Positions 8,766 to 18,534 of a stretch of 42,068 bases of DNA are shown here, one piece after another. The notes beneath the pieces are model-generated. The model did no database searches, was not told where the DNA came from, and saw only the letters and a program-made list of their open reading frames with translations. Each line of letters opens with the position of its first letter. Position 1 is the first letter of the stretch. The DNA comes from an uncultured Gemmatimonadota bacterium (GTDB lineage: Bacteria > GCA-2686955): positions 1 through 42,068 of the forward strand of contig CAZBBK010000050.1 in assembly GCA_964490075.1 (NCBI GenBank). The letters are read 5' to 3'. The translations under genes were made by a program, and so were the position numbers.

Positions 8766-11333
8766 ATGGCCGAAGCAGAGAATCCTACGAAACAGAGCCC
8801 GGCTCCCCTCGATCTGGCGATCGACTCCTGGCAAGAGGGCGCGGAAACGGTCGCGATCGCCGCGATTCGGATCGGTCGGATCGCCACGGCGGGGCTCTTT
8901 CTGGAGCGTTGCGGAGCCACCGCCCGCCAGAGCGTCTCGCAGCTTTGCCACGATTCCTGGGCCGACCTGGCGGATGGTCTCGCGATCCTCCAGTATGGAG
9001 CCGACGTCTTGCTGCTGATCGGCGCGGCGCCACGAGACGACGCCGTGCCGGATGTCGCCGTGGCCTTTCTTGCCCTCGGCCGAGGCGCGACCGACAGCGA
9101 AGCCCGCGGGCAATGCCGGCGCCAAGGCCACGACCTCTGGACGCTTCTGACCAGCACGTTGAGCTACGCCGAGTCGACGCCGATCACTGATCCCGGCGAG
9201 CTGGACTCTCTGGTCGTTCACTTGCGCAGGCCTTCCGTCGTCGAGCTCAGGCGGCGCCATCAGGGCCTCACCGTGTCGGACGGCGTGCTGCGGGCGGCGC
9301 CGATCGGCTTCGGTCAGGCCGACGAGGCGGGTCCCGGAAGGCATCTGCCGCTGGAAGTGCCCCATCTCTTCCCCTGGATCCCCAGCACCAACTCGTGGGG
9401 ACGGATGATCCAGACCCTGGCCGATCACCAGGGCGGCGCCGCCTACGTCGTGCGCGTCCGCGGATGGCCGGAAGCACCCGAGTCGTGCAAGCAGGAGATA
9501 CGGCGCACTCTGGCGAATGCCGAGCGGATCGCCGGCGGCACCGATGGCGGAGACAGGAACGCGCGGACGGTTCTGGATCTGCAAGTCAGCAAGCTGCGGG
9601 AGGAGACACTAGAACGCGCGGCCTTCCTCGAAGGTCCCATGCTGGACATGCGCGTTTTCCTCACCACGCGCGAGACGGCGCACGACGGCCTGATCGCCAC
9701 GGTCGAAGGGTGCATCGACGACACCTACGTCACCGATCATGCTCGCTGGCAGATGGACTACCTGTTTCGCGGCGGCTCGCGGGTGCTGCGCCGCGATCCG
9801 GATGCCCCCTTGCGGACCGATGCCGCGCCGCCCGCCATCGACACGCTCTTCTCTCCGCGCGAAGCGACGGCCGTGCTGCGTACGCCGATGCCACCCACGG
9901 AGGACATCATCGGGATCGAGCTGGACTATGCGCGCAGTGTTCTGCCCAGCGGCCGCTCGGGGGACGACGTGCCGATCGGCACGAGTGTGCGCGCCGGCCG
10001 CCGGATTCCCATTCGTCTGCACCAGAACGCTCGCTCGCGACACCTGTACGCGGTGGGCCAGACAGGAACCGGCAAGTCGACCTTGCTCCTGAACATGATC
10101 CTCCACGATCTGGAAGCGGGGCGCGGCGTAGCGGTTCTCGATCCGCATGGAGCGTTGATCGAGGATCTGCTGGCCCGCTACCCGGAGGATCGTCTGGACG
10201 ACTTGGTGATCGTCGATCCCGCGGATTTGGAACGGCCGGTCGGTTTCAACGTATTGCGAGTCGATGAGCCAGATCCCTTTCGCTACCGCCTGGCGCGCGA
10301 CTTGCTGATCGATGATCTCTACTCATATATCGCCTCTGCCTACAATCTTGCCATGACGGGCGGCCCGCTCTTCGAGACACATTTTCGGTCGATGCTGGCT
10401 CTTCTCATGGGGACCAGGCCGAGGACGGAGAGCCACATCCCCAATCTTCTGCTGTTGCGTCTGATCTACTCGAACAGCGACCTTCGCGGAGCACTGAAGG
10501 CGGCGACCGCGGACGAAGACCCGATGCTCATCGATGCCATCGTCGAAATGGAACGTACCACGGGGGACTGGTCACTCGCGTCGCTGTCACAGTACATAAC
10601 GAGCAAGTTCACTCGCTTCGTCGCCGACGCCCAGCTTCGAAACATCACTTGTCAGCCGCGCTGCATCGACGTCGCGCGAATTGTCGACCAGTCCGGTGTC
10701 TTGTTCTTCAATTTCGGAAAGGGCCGTTTCGGTGAGACTGCCGCTGGTCTGCTGGCATGCCAGGTAGTGTCGCGGATCCGCCATGCGATCTTCGCGCGCG
10801 GGGCCACGAAAGACGCCCGGTCTTTCCACCTGTACGCGGATGAGTTCCAGGTGTTCGCCGATGAGCGCTTCGCGGAGCTTCTTGCCGAAGCGCGGAAGTT
10901 CGGGCTGTCGCTGACCATCGCCCATCAGTACGCCGAGCAACTCCGAGGCGAGGTCTTTCCTGCGATCACCGGCAACGTCGGTACACTAATCTGTTTCCGC
11001 GTGAGTCCAGCCGACGGCAAGCGGCTGGAGCCCTTCTTCGCCCCCAAGCTCAGCGCCGACGATCTGGTGACCCAGGGCAACTTCAGAGCCTGCGCGCGCA
11101 GTGTCGGCGATCTGGGATCGTCGCCTTTCACGCTCGAGGCGCTCAAGCCCCCGGCCGCGGGCGATCCCCGGCGTGCGGAGCGGCTTCGAGAACACGCGCG
11201 GCAACGCCACGGCCGAGCCCGCGACCAGGTGGAGAAGGAGATCCGGGAGATTCGCAATGCGTACATGGAGATCGGGAAGGAGAGCGAGGGCGATGAGTCG
11301 AGGATCAAGGAGATCCTACATCGAGGTGGCTAG
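8766..11333 (+). CDS. VirD4/TraD/HerA-FtsK superfamily ATPase with an uncharacterised ~400-aa N-terminal domain
   Basis: Walker A 'HLYAVGQTGTGKS', 'VLDPHG', Walker B 'LYADEFQ', 'EARKFGLSLTIAHQY', 'GNVGT'; GGAGG RBS. Confidence 0.8.
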   Translation: MAEAENPTKQSPAPLDLAIDSWQEGAETVAIAAIRIGRIATAGLFLERCGATARQSVSQLCHDSWADLADGLAILQYGADVLLLIGAAPRDDAVPDVAVAFLALGRGATDSEARGQCRRQGHDLWTLLTSTLSYAESTPITDPGELDSLVVHLRRPSVVELRRRHQGLTVSDGVLRAAPIGFGQADEAGPGRHLPLEVPHLFPWIPSTNSWGRMIQTLADHQGGAAYVVRVRGWPEAPESCKQEIRRTLANAERIAGGTDGGDRNARTVLDLQVSKLREETLERAAFLEGPMLDMRVFLTTRETAHDGLIATVEGCIDDTYVTDHARWQMDYLFRGGSRVLRRDPDAPLRTDAAPPAIDTLFSPREATAVLRTPMPPTEDIIGIELDYARSVLPSGRSGDDVPIGTSVRAGRRIPIRLHQNARSRHLYAVGQTGTGKSTLLLNMILHDLEAGRGVAVLDPHGALIEDLLARYPEDRLDDLVIVDPADLERPVGFNVLRVDEPDPFRYRLARDLLIDDLYSYIASAYNLAMTGGPLFETHFRSMLALLMGTRPRTESHIPNLLLLRLIYSNSDLRGALKAATADEDPMLIDAIVEMERTTGDWSLASLSQYITSKFTRFVADAQLRNITCQPRCIDVARIVDQSGVLFFNFGKGRFGETAAGLLACQVVSRIRHAIFARGATKDARSFHLYADEFQVFADERFAELLAEARKFGLSLTIAHQYAEQLRGEVFPAITGNVGTLICFRVSPADGKRLEPFFAPKLSADDLVTQGNFRACARSVGDLGSSPFTLEALKPPAAGDPRRAERLREHARQRHGRARDQVEKEIREIRNAYMEIGKESEGDESRIKEILHRGG

Positions 11334-11335
11334 GA

Positions 11336-12502
11336 CTACTCTTCGGCGGCGTCCGCCAGCTTGCTCAACAGTCCGCGGCGGATCTCGACCCACTTCTTAC
11401 CGCCTGTGATGTTTTTCTTGATCGCCTTGTGGGCCTTTTCCTTCACGCTCGGATCGCAGTCCCGCAGTCGCGGAATCCAGTCTTCTTCGATGATCCGCGC
11501 GCGTTGCGCCTTGTTGGGCGGCTCTCCCGTGTCGGCGAGCGCGGGCGGGTTCTCGAGCCAGGCCGAGAACTCGCTCCAGGTCGGATCGGCGGCGGCTTCC
11601 TCCTCGCGCTCGCGGGCATCGGGATCGATCTCGACCTTCCAGCGGTCCGGTGCGGCGCGGCCGTAACCAGCGACGGTCTTGGCGCCCACGCCCCACTCTT
11701 CGAGCGCCTTTTGCAGCAGCTCGAGCGCCAACGCCGTCCACGCCTTCGGTCCGCTCAGCGCGACCAGGAACTCCGCGCCCGGGCGAACCGTCAAGAACGA
11801 CACAGGCACCGGGTCTTCGTAATCGTTCGGCCATGGCCGCGCGGTGCCGCTCGCGCCGTAGTAGGCTCCCTGGTGCGGCGTCAGGACGTCTCTGGCGAAA
11901 GTACCCTTGCGGCGCACGGATGAGGAAACCAGCAGCGCATCGTGGAAGACGACGAATCCTCGAGAGGCCGCGGAACGCTCCCGCTGCTCCTCCTCGGTCC
12001 AGCTCGTGTCGGGGCGCCCGAAGAGCGCGCCGTGGATCTCGCCCGAGGACTTGACGATCCTTGCCCCTCGCCACTCGACACCGCGGTACTTCTTGCGCTC
12101 GTCGTTCTCGGCGCCGGAACCGGGGTCCGGACCGTAGACGGCATCGACGTAGTGGTTGAGCAACCCCTTGAGCGCCGATCCGGGGATGAACGGAACTCCC
12201 CAAGTATGGTGAAGCGTCAGGCCTACCTCGGTCGCCGAGGGAGTTCCGGAGCCCACCAGCAAGCGCGACGCGAATCTCGCGCGAGCAGCTCTCGATCCGT
12301 CCGTCCCCAGACTCCCGACCCACCTCAGATAGGCGTGGTGATAGTCCGGCGCGATCTCTATCTTCTCCAACTGGTCGAACCAGGAGTCCTTGACGCGATT
12401 CGGGATCTTACCCGAGTCGTCCGCCGGCGCCCACACGTCGTAAGCCAGACCCGGGTGCTGCGGTACGCTTGCCGCGCCGAGGCGCTTGATTGCGTCACGC
12501 AT
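11336..12502 (-). CDS. cmr6: Type III-B RAMP Cmr6
   Basis: 'SRLLVGSG..SATEVGLTLHHTWGVPFIPGSALKG', 'DVLTPH', 'NDYEDPVPVSFL', 'GVGAKTVAGYG'; start placed at ATG 12502. Confidence 0.92.
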   Translation of the reverse strand: MRDAIKRLGAASVPQHPGLAYDVWAPADDSGKIPNRVKDSWFDQLEKIEIAPDYHHAYLRWVGSLGTDGSRAARARFASRLLVGSGTPSATEVGLTLHHTWGVPFIPGSALKGLLNHYVDAVYGPDPGSGAENDERKKYRGVEWRGARIVKSSGEIHGALFGRPDTSWTEEEQRERSAASRGFVVFHDALLVSSSVRRKGTFARDVLTPHQGAYYGASGTARPWPNDYEDPVPVSFLTVRPGAEFLVALSGPKAWTALALELLQKALEEWGVGAKTVAGYGRAAPDRWKVEIDPDAREREEEAAADPTWSEFSAWLENPPALADTGEPPNKAQRARIIEEDWIPRLRDCDPSVKEKAHKAIKKNITGGKKWVEIRRGLLSKLADAAEE

Positions 12503-12515
12503 GATTGCTTTCTCC

Positions 12516-12875
12516 TCAGTCCTCGAAGGTTGCGTCGACCGCACGCTTGTACCACAGGCAAAGGGCGAGCATCTCTCTCGTGGCGAGCATGTACTCACCG
12601 GCATCCAGCCCACGAATCGCGCCCGGCAGGTGTGCTCCGGAACAGCCCTCGGGAACACCCGGGATTCCGGATCCAGCCAGGTGCTCCAAGAGCGAGACGA
12701 TCGCCGGCTCTTTCTTGCCCCGTTCGAGAAAGGCCAGCGCGGCGGATAGCCCGCTGCGAACGATCTCCGAGCCGAGGCTCTTGACCGTTGTGCGGTACTT
12801 CTCGCGCTCTCGAGGATCGCCTACGGTGGCGACATTTTGATAAGCGATCAGCGCTCGTTCCTGGTCGCGTCTCAT
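12516..12875 (-). CDS. cmr5: Type III-B small subunit Cmr5 (Cas11)
   Basis: ~119-aa helical protein with 'YRTTVKSLGSEIVRSGLSAALAFL' and 'YMLATREMLALCLWYKR'; lies between cmr4 and cmr6. Confidence 0.88.
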   Translation of the reverse strand: MRRDQERALIAYQNVATVGDPREREKYRTTVKSLGSEIVRSGLSAALAFLERGKKEPAIVSLLEHLAGSGIPGVPEGCSGAHLPGAIRGLDAGEYMLATREMLALCLWYKRAVDATFED

Positions 12876-13795
12876 GCCCCCGCCTCCTCGCCGACCGGGG
12901 CGGCCTGGATCCCGAGCGGGATCATCCGGCAACGTCCGCGGCCCACCGTCGCCTTTCCGCCGAACTGCAACATTCGTTCATCGTCCAGAACGAAGGCGAT
13001 CACCTCATCCGGCGTCATCCGCTGGTCCCGCCATCGGCTGCGATCCGCCACCAGGCAGCCGACCAGCAGGCTCTCGGGAGGAAGGCTCTCCTCGGTCCAG
13101 AGCGCCTTGTCGGCCACGGTGCGCGTCTCGGCGTCGATCCGCACCCGGGTGTCGACCTGGGTCGCGGTCTCCCACAGGAAGGTCATCGTCTCGTCGTCGA
13201 CGATCACGAAGCGACGCTCGAACATCTCCGGGTGCTCCGCGCCGCCCACCAGCGGGGCGAGCGCCGCGCCCCAGGCCGCGCAGCACTGGTCGGCCGTCAC
13301 CGGCAGGTCGAGGTCCTCGAGGTAGACCTTCGCGCCCTCACCGCCGCCGACGACGTTGACGCACTTGTTTTCACCACCAATCGATGCGACCAGAGCCGTC
13401 GTTGCGCCGGCGGTGGGGATCTGGTGGTCCAGCACGCTCCGCAGCTCCGGGTCACGCACCGCCAGCGACAGAAGCAGTGGCGAGGAGACCCAGGCGAAGG
13501 TGCCGGCGAAGCTCCGCACGGGAAGCGCGAGCAAGCGGGCATCGGTCACGATCAGCGCCCCGGCGTGGGCGCTCGCCTCGAGTGTGTTGGGGCCGAAGAC
13601 CGCCCGGATTCGTTTCGGGTCGGCGCCGATGGAGCGCAATGCGTCGCGCAGCACACCCTTGACCGACGAGCCGGGAAGCAGCGGAATCCCGGTCGATCTC
13701 ATCCGCGCGATCGGCAGGTCGATCACGCCGACCGATTGGCCGGTACCGGCGTGCAAGGGCGACAGTGCATGAATCAGAAAAGGTCTCGCTAGCAT
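12872..13795 (-). CDS. cmr4: Type III-B backbone RAMP Cmr4 (Cas7)
   Basis: 'HALSPLHAGTGQSVGVIDLPIAR', 'PGSSVKGVLR', 'ALWTEESLP', 'QFGGKATVGRG'; start at ATG 13795. Confidence 0.95.
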   Translation of the reverse strand: MLARPFLIHALSPLHAGTGQSVGVIDLPIARMRSTGIPLLPGSSVKGVLRDALRSIGADPKRIRAVFGPNTLEASAHAGALIVTDARLLALPVRSFAGTFAWVSSPLLLSLAVRDPELRSVLDHQIPTAGATTALVASIGGENKCVNVVGGGEGAKVYLEDLDLPVTADQCCAAWGAALAPLVGGAEHPEMFERRFVIVDDETMTFLWETATQVDTRVRIDAETRTVADKALWTEESLPPESLLVGCLVADRSRWRDQRMTPDEVIAFVLDDERMLQFGGKATVGRGRCRMIPLGIQAAPVGEEAGA

Positions 13796-15027
13796 GTGGT
13801 CACATCTCCCTTGGAAGCGGCGGCCGACGTACCCTCGGGGTGCCACACCCCGCCGGCCACACAGCCCATTCCCTTCGTGGTGTGCCCTCCGATCTGGCCC
13901 AGCCACAACGATTGAAGCTCGGCGGCCGTGATCGGTTCGGCGGATTTCTTCTGGAAAAAGTAGACCGACCCAGGCGGAACGAGGCGCAGCGTCGGCTTCG
14001 GTTCGCCCCTCGCCACGTCCCAGCCGGAGACGTGCAACGCGCGACCGGTGATCGCCGCACGCAGGACCAGCGTGCCATCGATTCCCGAGAGCTGTCCCTC
14101 GAAGGTCTCTTCCTCCGTGGCGTCGAAGCCGTCCGGCAGCCATCCGCGCTCGAAGCATGCCGGAGTGACCAGTACGAGCCGAAGACCGGGGCAGGGTCTA
14201 TCCTGGAAGTCCGGCGCGGCAAGAAGACCGGCCGGGCAGGCGCCGGCATGGGTCAGGCCTCCGTCCCCCCCCAGGAAGAGGGGCTGCGACGCAATTCCCG
14301 CGGTATCCTCGGGGAAGCTCGCGCGCAGTGCCATGGCCCACTCCCACAAAGGGGCGCCTGAGGCACAGCGGCTCCAGGGCTCCACGACGTCGAGCGAGAA
14401 GAGCGCGCCTTCCCGTGCCGTGCCGGTCTCGGCGTCGAGCGATACATGGACACGCGAGCGATTGCCCTGGGTCAACGCGACGTAGTCGGCCGGGCGGTGG
14501 GCAGCGACCTCCTCTCCGCGCAGCCAGGCCTCGAAATCGGGATCGGGCCACCAGCGTGGTGCCGGAACCGGCTTCTCGGCACATCGTCGCCGCGGTCGCC
14601 ACAGTCTTTCTCTGGCTCGCTGCTCCTCATCGGATCCGAGATCGCGCCCCATGCTCGGGACGGTCGCCGGTCGAGGACACAAGCGCTCGATCGACTCCGC
14701 GCCACGGGCGTAGAGCGCGTCGAGGGGCACCGGCCACATTCGATCGGCGCGCGACCACGCGGATCCGTCCGCCCGCCGCCGCAGCGGCAGCATCGCGTGG
14801 AGCGCCACCTCGGCCGTGCGTTCGGGCCAGGAGCGCCGATCGAGCGAGAGACTCGGGTCGCTGGCCTCGAGCGATCGTCCCCAGCCGGTGCGCAGCGCTC
14901 CGAGGACCGTCGATGGAAAGGGCCAGTCCAGCGTGCCGGCGCGCCGCGTCTCGCTGGAGTACCAACCTCTGCCATCCTTGAAGCTGTGGCCGTCCTGACC
15001 GCGAAGAAGAAGATCGGTGGGCGCCAT
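13789..15027 (-). CDS. cmr3: Type III-B Cmr3 (Cas5)
   Basis: 'FKDGRG...WPFPSTVLGALRT', 'FLGGDG', 'LVLVTPA', 'VSGWD..RGEPKP..RLVPPGSVYFF', C-terminal 'KGMG'; start at ATG 15027. Confidence 0.9.
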   Translation of the reverse strand: MAPTDLLLRGQDGHSFKDGRGWYSSETRRAGTLDWPFPSTVLGALRTGWGRSLEASDPSLSLDRRSWPERTAEVALHAMLPLRRRADGSAWSRADRMWPVPLDALYARGAESIERLCPRPATVPSMGRDLGSDEEQRARERLWRPRRRCAEKPVPAPRWWPDPDFEAWLRGEEVAAHRPADYVALTQGNRSRVHVSLDAETGTAREGALFSLDVVEPWSRCASGAPLWEWAMALRASFPEDTAGIASQPLFLGGDGGLTHAGACPAGLLAAPDFQDRPCPGLRLVLVTPACFERGWLPDGFDATEEETFEGQLSGIDGTLVLRAAITGRALHVSGWDVARGEPKPTLRLVPPGSVYFFQKKSAEPITAAELQSLWLGQIGGHTTKGMGCVAGGVWHPEGTSAAASKGDVTTC

Positions 15028-16892
15028 CACTTGGCCTCCTCGGGATCCGGAATCGTCCGCCGTGAATCGTGGAAGAGACGGGTGATCAACATTCGGCTGA
15101 CCCACTCGTCGACCCGTGCGTGCAGCGCGGCGTAGGATCCCGGTCCCGCTGCCTCGATTCCGCAATCGGACAACCCGGGCGCCGGCTGGCGGGTGTCGCC
15201 ATCCTGTCCCGTGCCGCTCTCCGAACGGGCAAGAGAGCGAGCCACCTCGCCGCGCAGCACCTTTGCCCAGGCGGCCTGCTCCTTGTCCGCGCCGAGCTGT
15301 TCCGCCGCCGGCATTCGATCGAGGATCGACCGCACTTCGTACACCTTTCGGTGGGACACCGCCGGATTCCGCCAGGTAGCGATGTCGGCCGCGAGGCGAG
15401 CGCTCGGCTCGTCCGGATCCGACCAGCGGCGGCGCCAGCTCAGCTCTCCGCCCGAGCGCTTCTTCAGCACGATTGCCAGGGCGTTGCGATCCTTTCCAGC
15501 GCGCCACAGCTCGGCGCCCTTGGCCAGCGACTCCGCCTGGCGCCCCATCTGCAACAGATCGCTCATGCTCTCGCGGGAGTGCCCGACCGCGAGACCGACC
15601 GAGAGCGTCGGTCTGGCCACGGCTTCGTCCGCCAGCGCCTCCTCCATGCAGTCCCCGAACGCCTGGCGCAGCGCCCCTGCGCAGGAGATCGCGTCGCCCA
15701 GGCAGACGAAAGCCAGCACGTCGTCGCCGCCGGAGTAGACCAGCAGCCCGCGATGTCGTTGTTCGACGATCTCCCTCGCCTTCCCCGCGAACTCCGCCAG
15801 CTTGATCGAGAAGCGCCGGTGATCATCGGGGTCGCCGAGTGTGTCGATCGCCGCGCCCATCTGATCGCCGTCGGCAACCAGACATGCGACGTAGGGGCTG
15901 GGTGCGCCGCCCATGGCCTTCAGCAGAGGGCGGACGTGCCGCCCGCCCCATGCGGCAGGATCCTCGTCGGCCTCGACCTCCTCGAGCAGGCTCGGCCAGC
16001 GCTCCTCGAAGAGCACCTGGGCGTCGAAGGGGAAGCCGCCGAGCCAGCTCAAATCGGGGCGGTGGATCGGCCCGATCCCCCGGGCGCGGCATTCGCTCCG
16101 CAGCCTATCGAGAGGCCCGGCCGCCTGGCGTGCGGCGGCGGCCAGCCAGTCCGCCACCGCGACGTTGGTGACGGGCACGAACTGCGACGGCTCTCCACCC
16201 GCGCGCTTGGTCAGACCGATCGCATCGAGCTGCTCGTTGTCGGTCAGGCGAAACCTGCGCACCAGGTGCGCGGGGCGCCGGCCCGGTGGTTGCAGCAGTG
16301 TGTTGCGGGCGCCGTCCAGGCTCGACTTCGGAACGCCATCTCGCTGACGTCGCCAGGGGGAGAAGTCGCGCAACAGCTTTCTCTGGGCGACCGCCGCTTC
16401 GACTTCGAGCCGCGCCGCCTTGTAGCCTCGCTCGCCGACGGCCGTCCAGGCCGCCGCGAACTCGATCAGCGTGTCGATCTGCTCGTCCCAGGCGCGATCG
16501 GTGCCGTCGGCGATGAGCTCCGCGACACGCTCCCTCGCTTGCGTGGCCAACGCGCGCCACCGCTCACCCGCCGCCTCACGGCAGCGCTCCGCCAGGCGTG
16601 CCGGATCGCGACCCGCGGGAACCTGCGCGAGGATCTTGTTGGCGACGTTCAGCGGCGGTCTCTCCTTGCCCGCGACCTGGCGCAGCGGACTGTCGCATGG
16701 ATCGAGCTCGACATCGCCGGCGCCGATCGCCGGAAAGACCAGGGTGGCGCCCTCCTCGATCAGGCGGCCAGCGGCGGCTCGCGAGATCTCGCTCAATGCG
16801 TGGCTTCCGAACCACAGATCGCGCGTGCGGCGCGCCTGCGCGATGTACTCCTGGACCGGTCCCAGGACGACCAGCAGCAGCTGATCCGACAT
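15027..16892 (-). CDS. cas10: Type III-B Cas10/Cmr2; cyclase motifs intact, HD domain absent
   Basis: Begins 'LGPVQEYIAQARRTRDLWFGSHALS'; 'ADGDQMG' and 'YSGGDDVLAF' palm motifs; no N-terminal HD domain; start at ATG 16892. Confidence 0.95.
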   Translation of the reverse strand: MSDQLLLVVLGPVQEYIAQARRTRDLWFGSHALSEISRAAAGRLIEEGATLVFPAIGAGDVELDPCDSPLRQVAGKERPPLNVANKILAQVPAGRDPARLAERCREAAGERWRALATQARERVAELIADGTDRAWDEQIDTLIEFAAAWTAVGERGYKAARLEVEAAVAQRKLLRDFSPWRRQRDGVPKSSLDGARNTLLQPPGRRPAHLVRRFRLTDNEQLDAIGLTKRAGGEPSQFVPVTNVAVADWLAAAARQAAGPLDRLRSECRARGIGPIHRPDLSWLGGFPFDAQVLFEERWPSLLEEVEADEDPAAWGGRHVRPLLKAMGGAPSPYVACLVADGDQMGAAIDTLGDPDDHRRFSIKLAEFAGKAREIVEQRHRGLLVYSGGDDVLAFVCLGDAISCAGALRQAFGDCMEEALADEAVARPTLSVGLAVGHSRESMSDLLQMGRQAESLAKGAELWRAGKDRNALAIVLKKRSGGELSWRRRWSDPDEPSARLAADIATWRNPAVSHRKVYEVRSILDRMPAAEQLGADKEQAAWAKVLRGEVARSLARSESGTGQDGDTRQPAPGLSDCGIEAAGPGSYAALHARVDEWVSRMLITRLFHDSRRTIPDPEEAK

Positions 16893-18271
16893 CACCGGAT
16901 CCTCCTCGCCTTGCGGCCGCTGTCCAACCATCCGAAGAACGCCTCTCGCATCCGCAGCCCCCGCGCGGTCGATCGATCGACTCCGTCGAGGGGTTGGTAG
17001 TGGGCGGCCTCTCCCCGCGCCAGGAGCTGATCGAAATCGGCTCCGGCCGTCCTCAAGCTGGGTGGCGCCTTCGCGACCTCCGGCGCCACGGTGCCTTGCG
17101 GGTAGGCCCTCTCCAGCCACAGAGCGCAAGCGACGAATCTCCCGCCGGCGAGCGGCAGCGCCTTGACGATGAGCGGGCTCGCGAGCCGGCTTCTCTTCTC
17201 TTGGTGCGGGTCATACCAGAAGAGCTCGAACTCGCCCGGGTCGCCGGGACTGGTCGGAAACGACCCCTGGATCGGCAGACCGAAGGCGGCCCGCGGCCAG
17301 ACCGGGGTGGCGGTGTGTCGCGGTGTCTTGCCCCTGCTTCCGGTCAAGTGTCGCAGCTTGTCCGGCTCGGGCCAGTTGGAGCGGCCGGGGCGTTTGGGCG
17401 CTCGGCCGTACTGGCGTGCGAAGTTGCTGGGGCTCGGCGACGCTGTCCCTGTGCTCGGAGCGCGCCCCTGCCGGAAGTCGCGCAGCCAGCTCACCGCCTG
17501 GCCCCACTTCGTTTCGGCCGAGTCGCCGGGGCTGGCTCCGGCATAGAGCAGCGCGCCGCGCAGGCAGGGCGTCGGAAGTGCGGAGGGCGTGCTCGACGCA
17601 GCAAAGAGCCCCGCGCCCAGGAGCCTCTCCAGCTCGGCGAGTGTCGCGCTCTCGGGCAGCCACTTGTCGCGATCGTCCCCGATCACCGTCAGGCCGCCGA
17701 GCCCTCGCCGCGTCCGCGAGCCGTAGCCTCCGAAGAGTATCCAGGCACGGAGCGCGCGCTCGACCTCTTCCACGCGGTCCTCGTCCACCCGCAACGTCAG
17801 CTCGAGCTCGGTGCCAGCGGGGCGCCGCGGCGCTGGAGGAGTATCGTGCCTCGTTTGCGACTGCGCGGGCCACAAGGCGTACGAGCCACGCGTCGTGCTC
17901 AGGTCGATATCGGTCTCGTCGAGCTCCTGAAGAGTCTTGCGGTCGACCCGGACGTCGATCTCGACCTGCGACCGCACGGTCTTCTCGCCCGCGCGGCCGC
18001 CCCACAGCGCCGCCTCGCGCTCGGCCAGCTCGCTCGCGTCGCGAACTTCGTGGGCGACCAGGGCCCGCCACCAGAAGCGCAGATGCCCTCGGACGGCCGG
18101 CACTCGGATGACGTCCACCTCGTCGATCACCCGCGTCGCCGGGGCGCCGCCCAGAATCGGCGTCACGACCTTCAGCTTCACCTCGATCGGTTTGATCGTC
18201 GATCCGCCTCGACGGTTGCGCAACCGGGCCGCCGGCAGTTGCGCCGGTGGCTCGGGAAGAGGTGGGGACAT
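16892..18271 (-). CDS. cmr1: Type III-B RAMP Cmr1
   Basis: 'VVTPILGG', 'RGHLRFWWRA', 'FGGYGSRTRRGLG', 'PRAAFGLPI', 'RLASPL'. Confidence 0.93.
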   Translation of the reverse strand: MSPPLPEPPAQLPAARLRNRRGGSTIKPIEVKLKVVTPILGGAPATRVIDEVDVIRVPAVRGHLRFWWRALVAHEVRDASELAEREAALWGGRAGEKTVRSQVEIDVRVDRKTLQELDETDIDLSTTRGSYALWPAQSQTRHDTPPAPRRPAGTELELTLRVDEDRVEEVERALRAWILFGGYGSRTRRGLGGLTVIGDDRDKWLPESATLAELERLLGAGLFAASSTPSALPTPCLRGALLYAGASPGDSAETKWGQAVSWLRDFRQGRAPSTGTASPSPSNFARQYGRAPKRPGRSNWPEPDKLRHLTGSRGKTPRHTATPVWPRAAFGLPIQGSFPTSPGDPGEFELFWYDPHQEKRSRLASPLIVKALPLAGGRFVACALWLERAYPQGTVAPEVAKAPPSLRTAGADFDQLLARGEAAHYQPLDGVDRSTARGLRMREAFFGWLDSGRKARRIR

Positions 18272-18534
18272 GATCGCTCCCTTCGTCTATCCGATCTCTC
18301 GCCTCCTCGATGGACGGCCAGGATCGATGCCGTGGGTCCAGTCTCTCGCTCCGACGTGAGCGAGCGGAGCGTAGTAGTCCGATTGGAATATGTCCAGACA
18401 GACGGCGCCGCCGAATCGGTGTGACAGATCTCCGAGACCGCACCCACACTCTTGACGCCGTGCCCGTCATCCGACACCCTTCGAAAGCGCAAGAGAACCC
18501 GGCGCCAGCCCGATCGACCCAGGACGAGAGACGC
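18272..18534. promoter_or_regulatory. Divergent intergenic/promoter region between the cmr operon and the Lon-CARF operon
   Basis: Gap between divergent genes; inverted repeat CGCTCCG (18347-18353) / CGGAGCG (18365-18371); TTGACG (18452) followed by N17 and CACCCT is a weak sigma70-like candidate. Confidence 0.4.

Noticed and set aside
8766-11333. Evidence for a conjugative element (ICE or plasmid)
   Set aside because: No relaxase, VirB genes, integrase or att sites are recognisable in the window.
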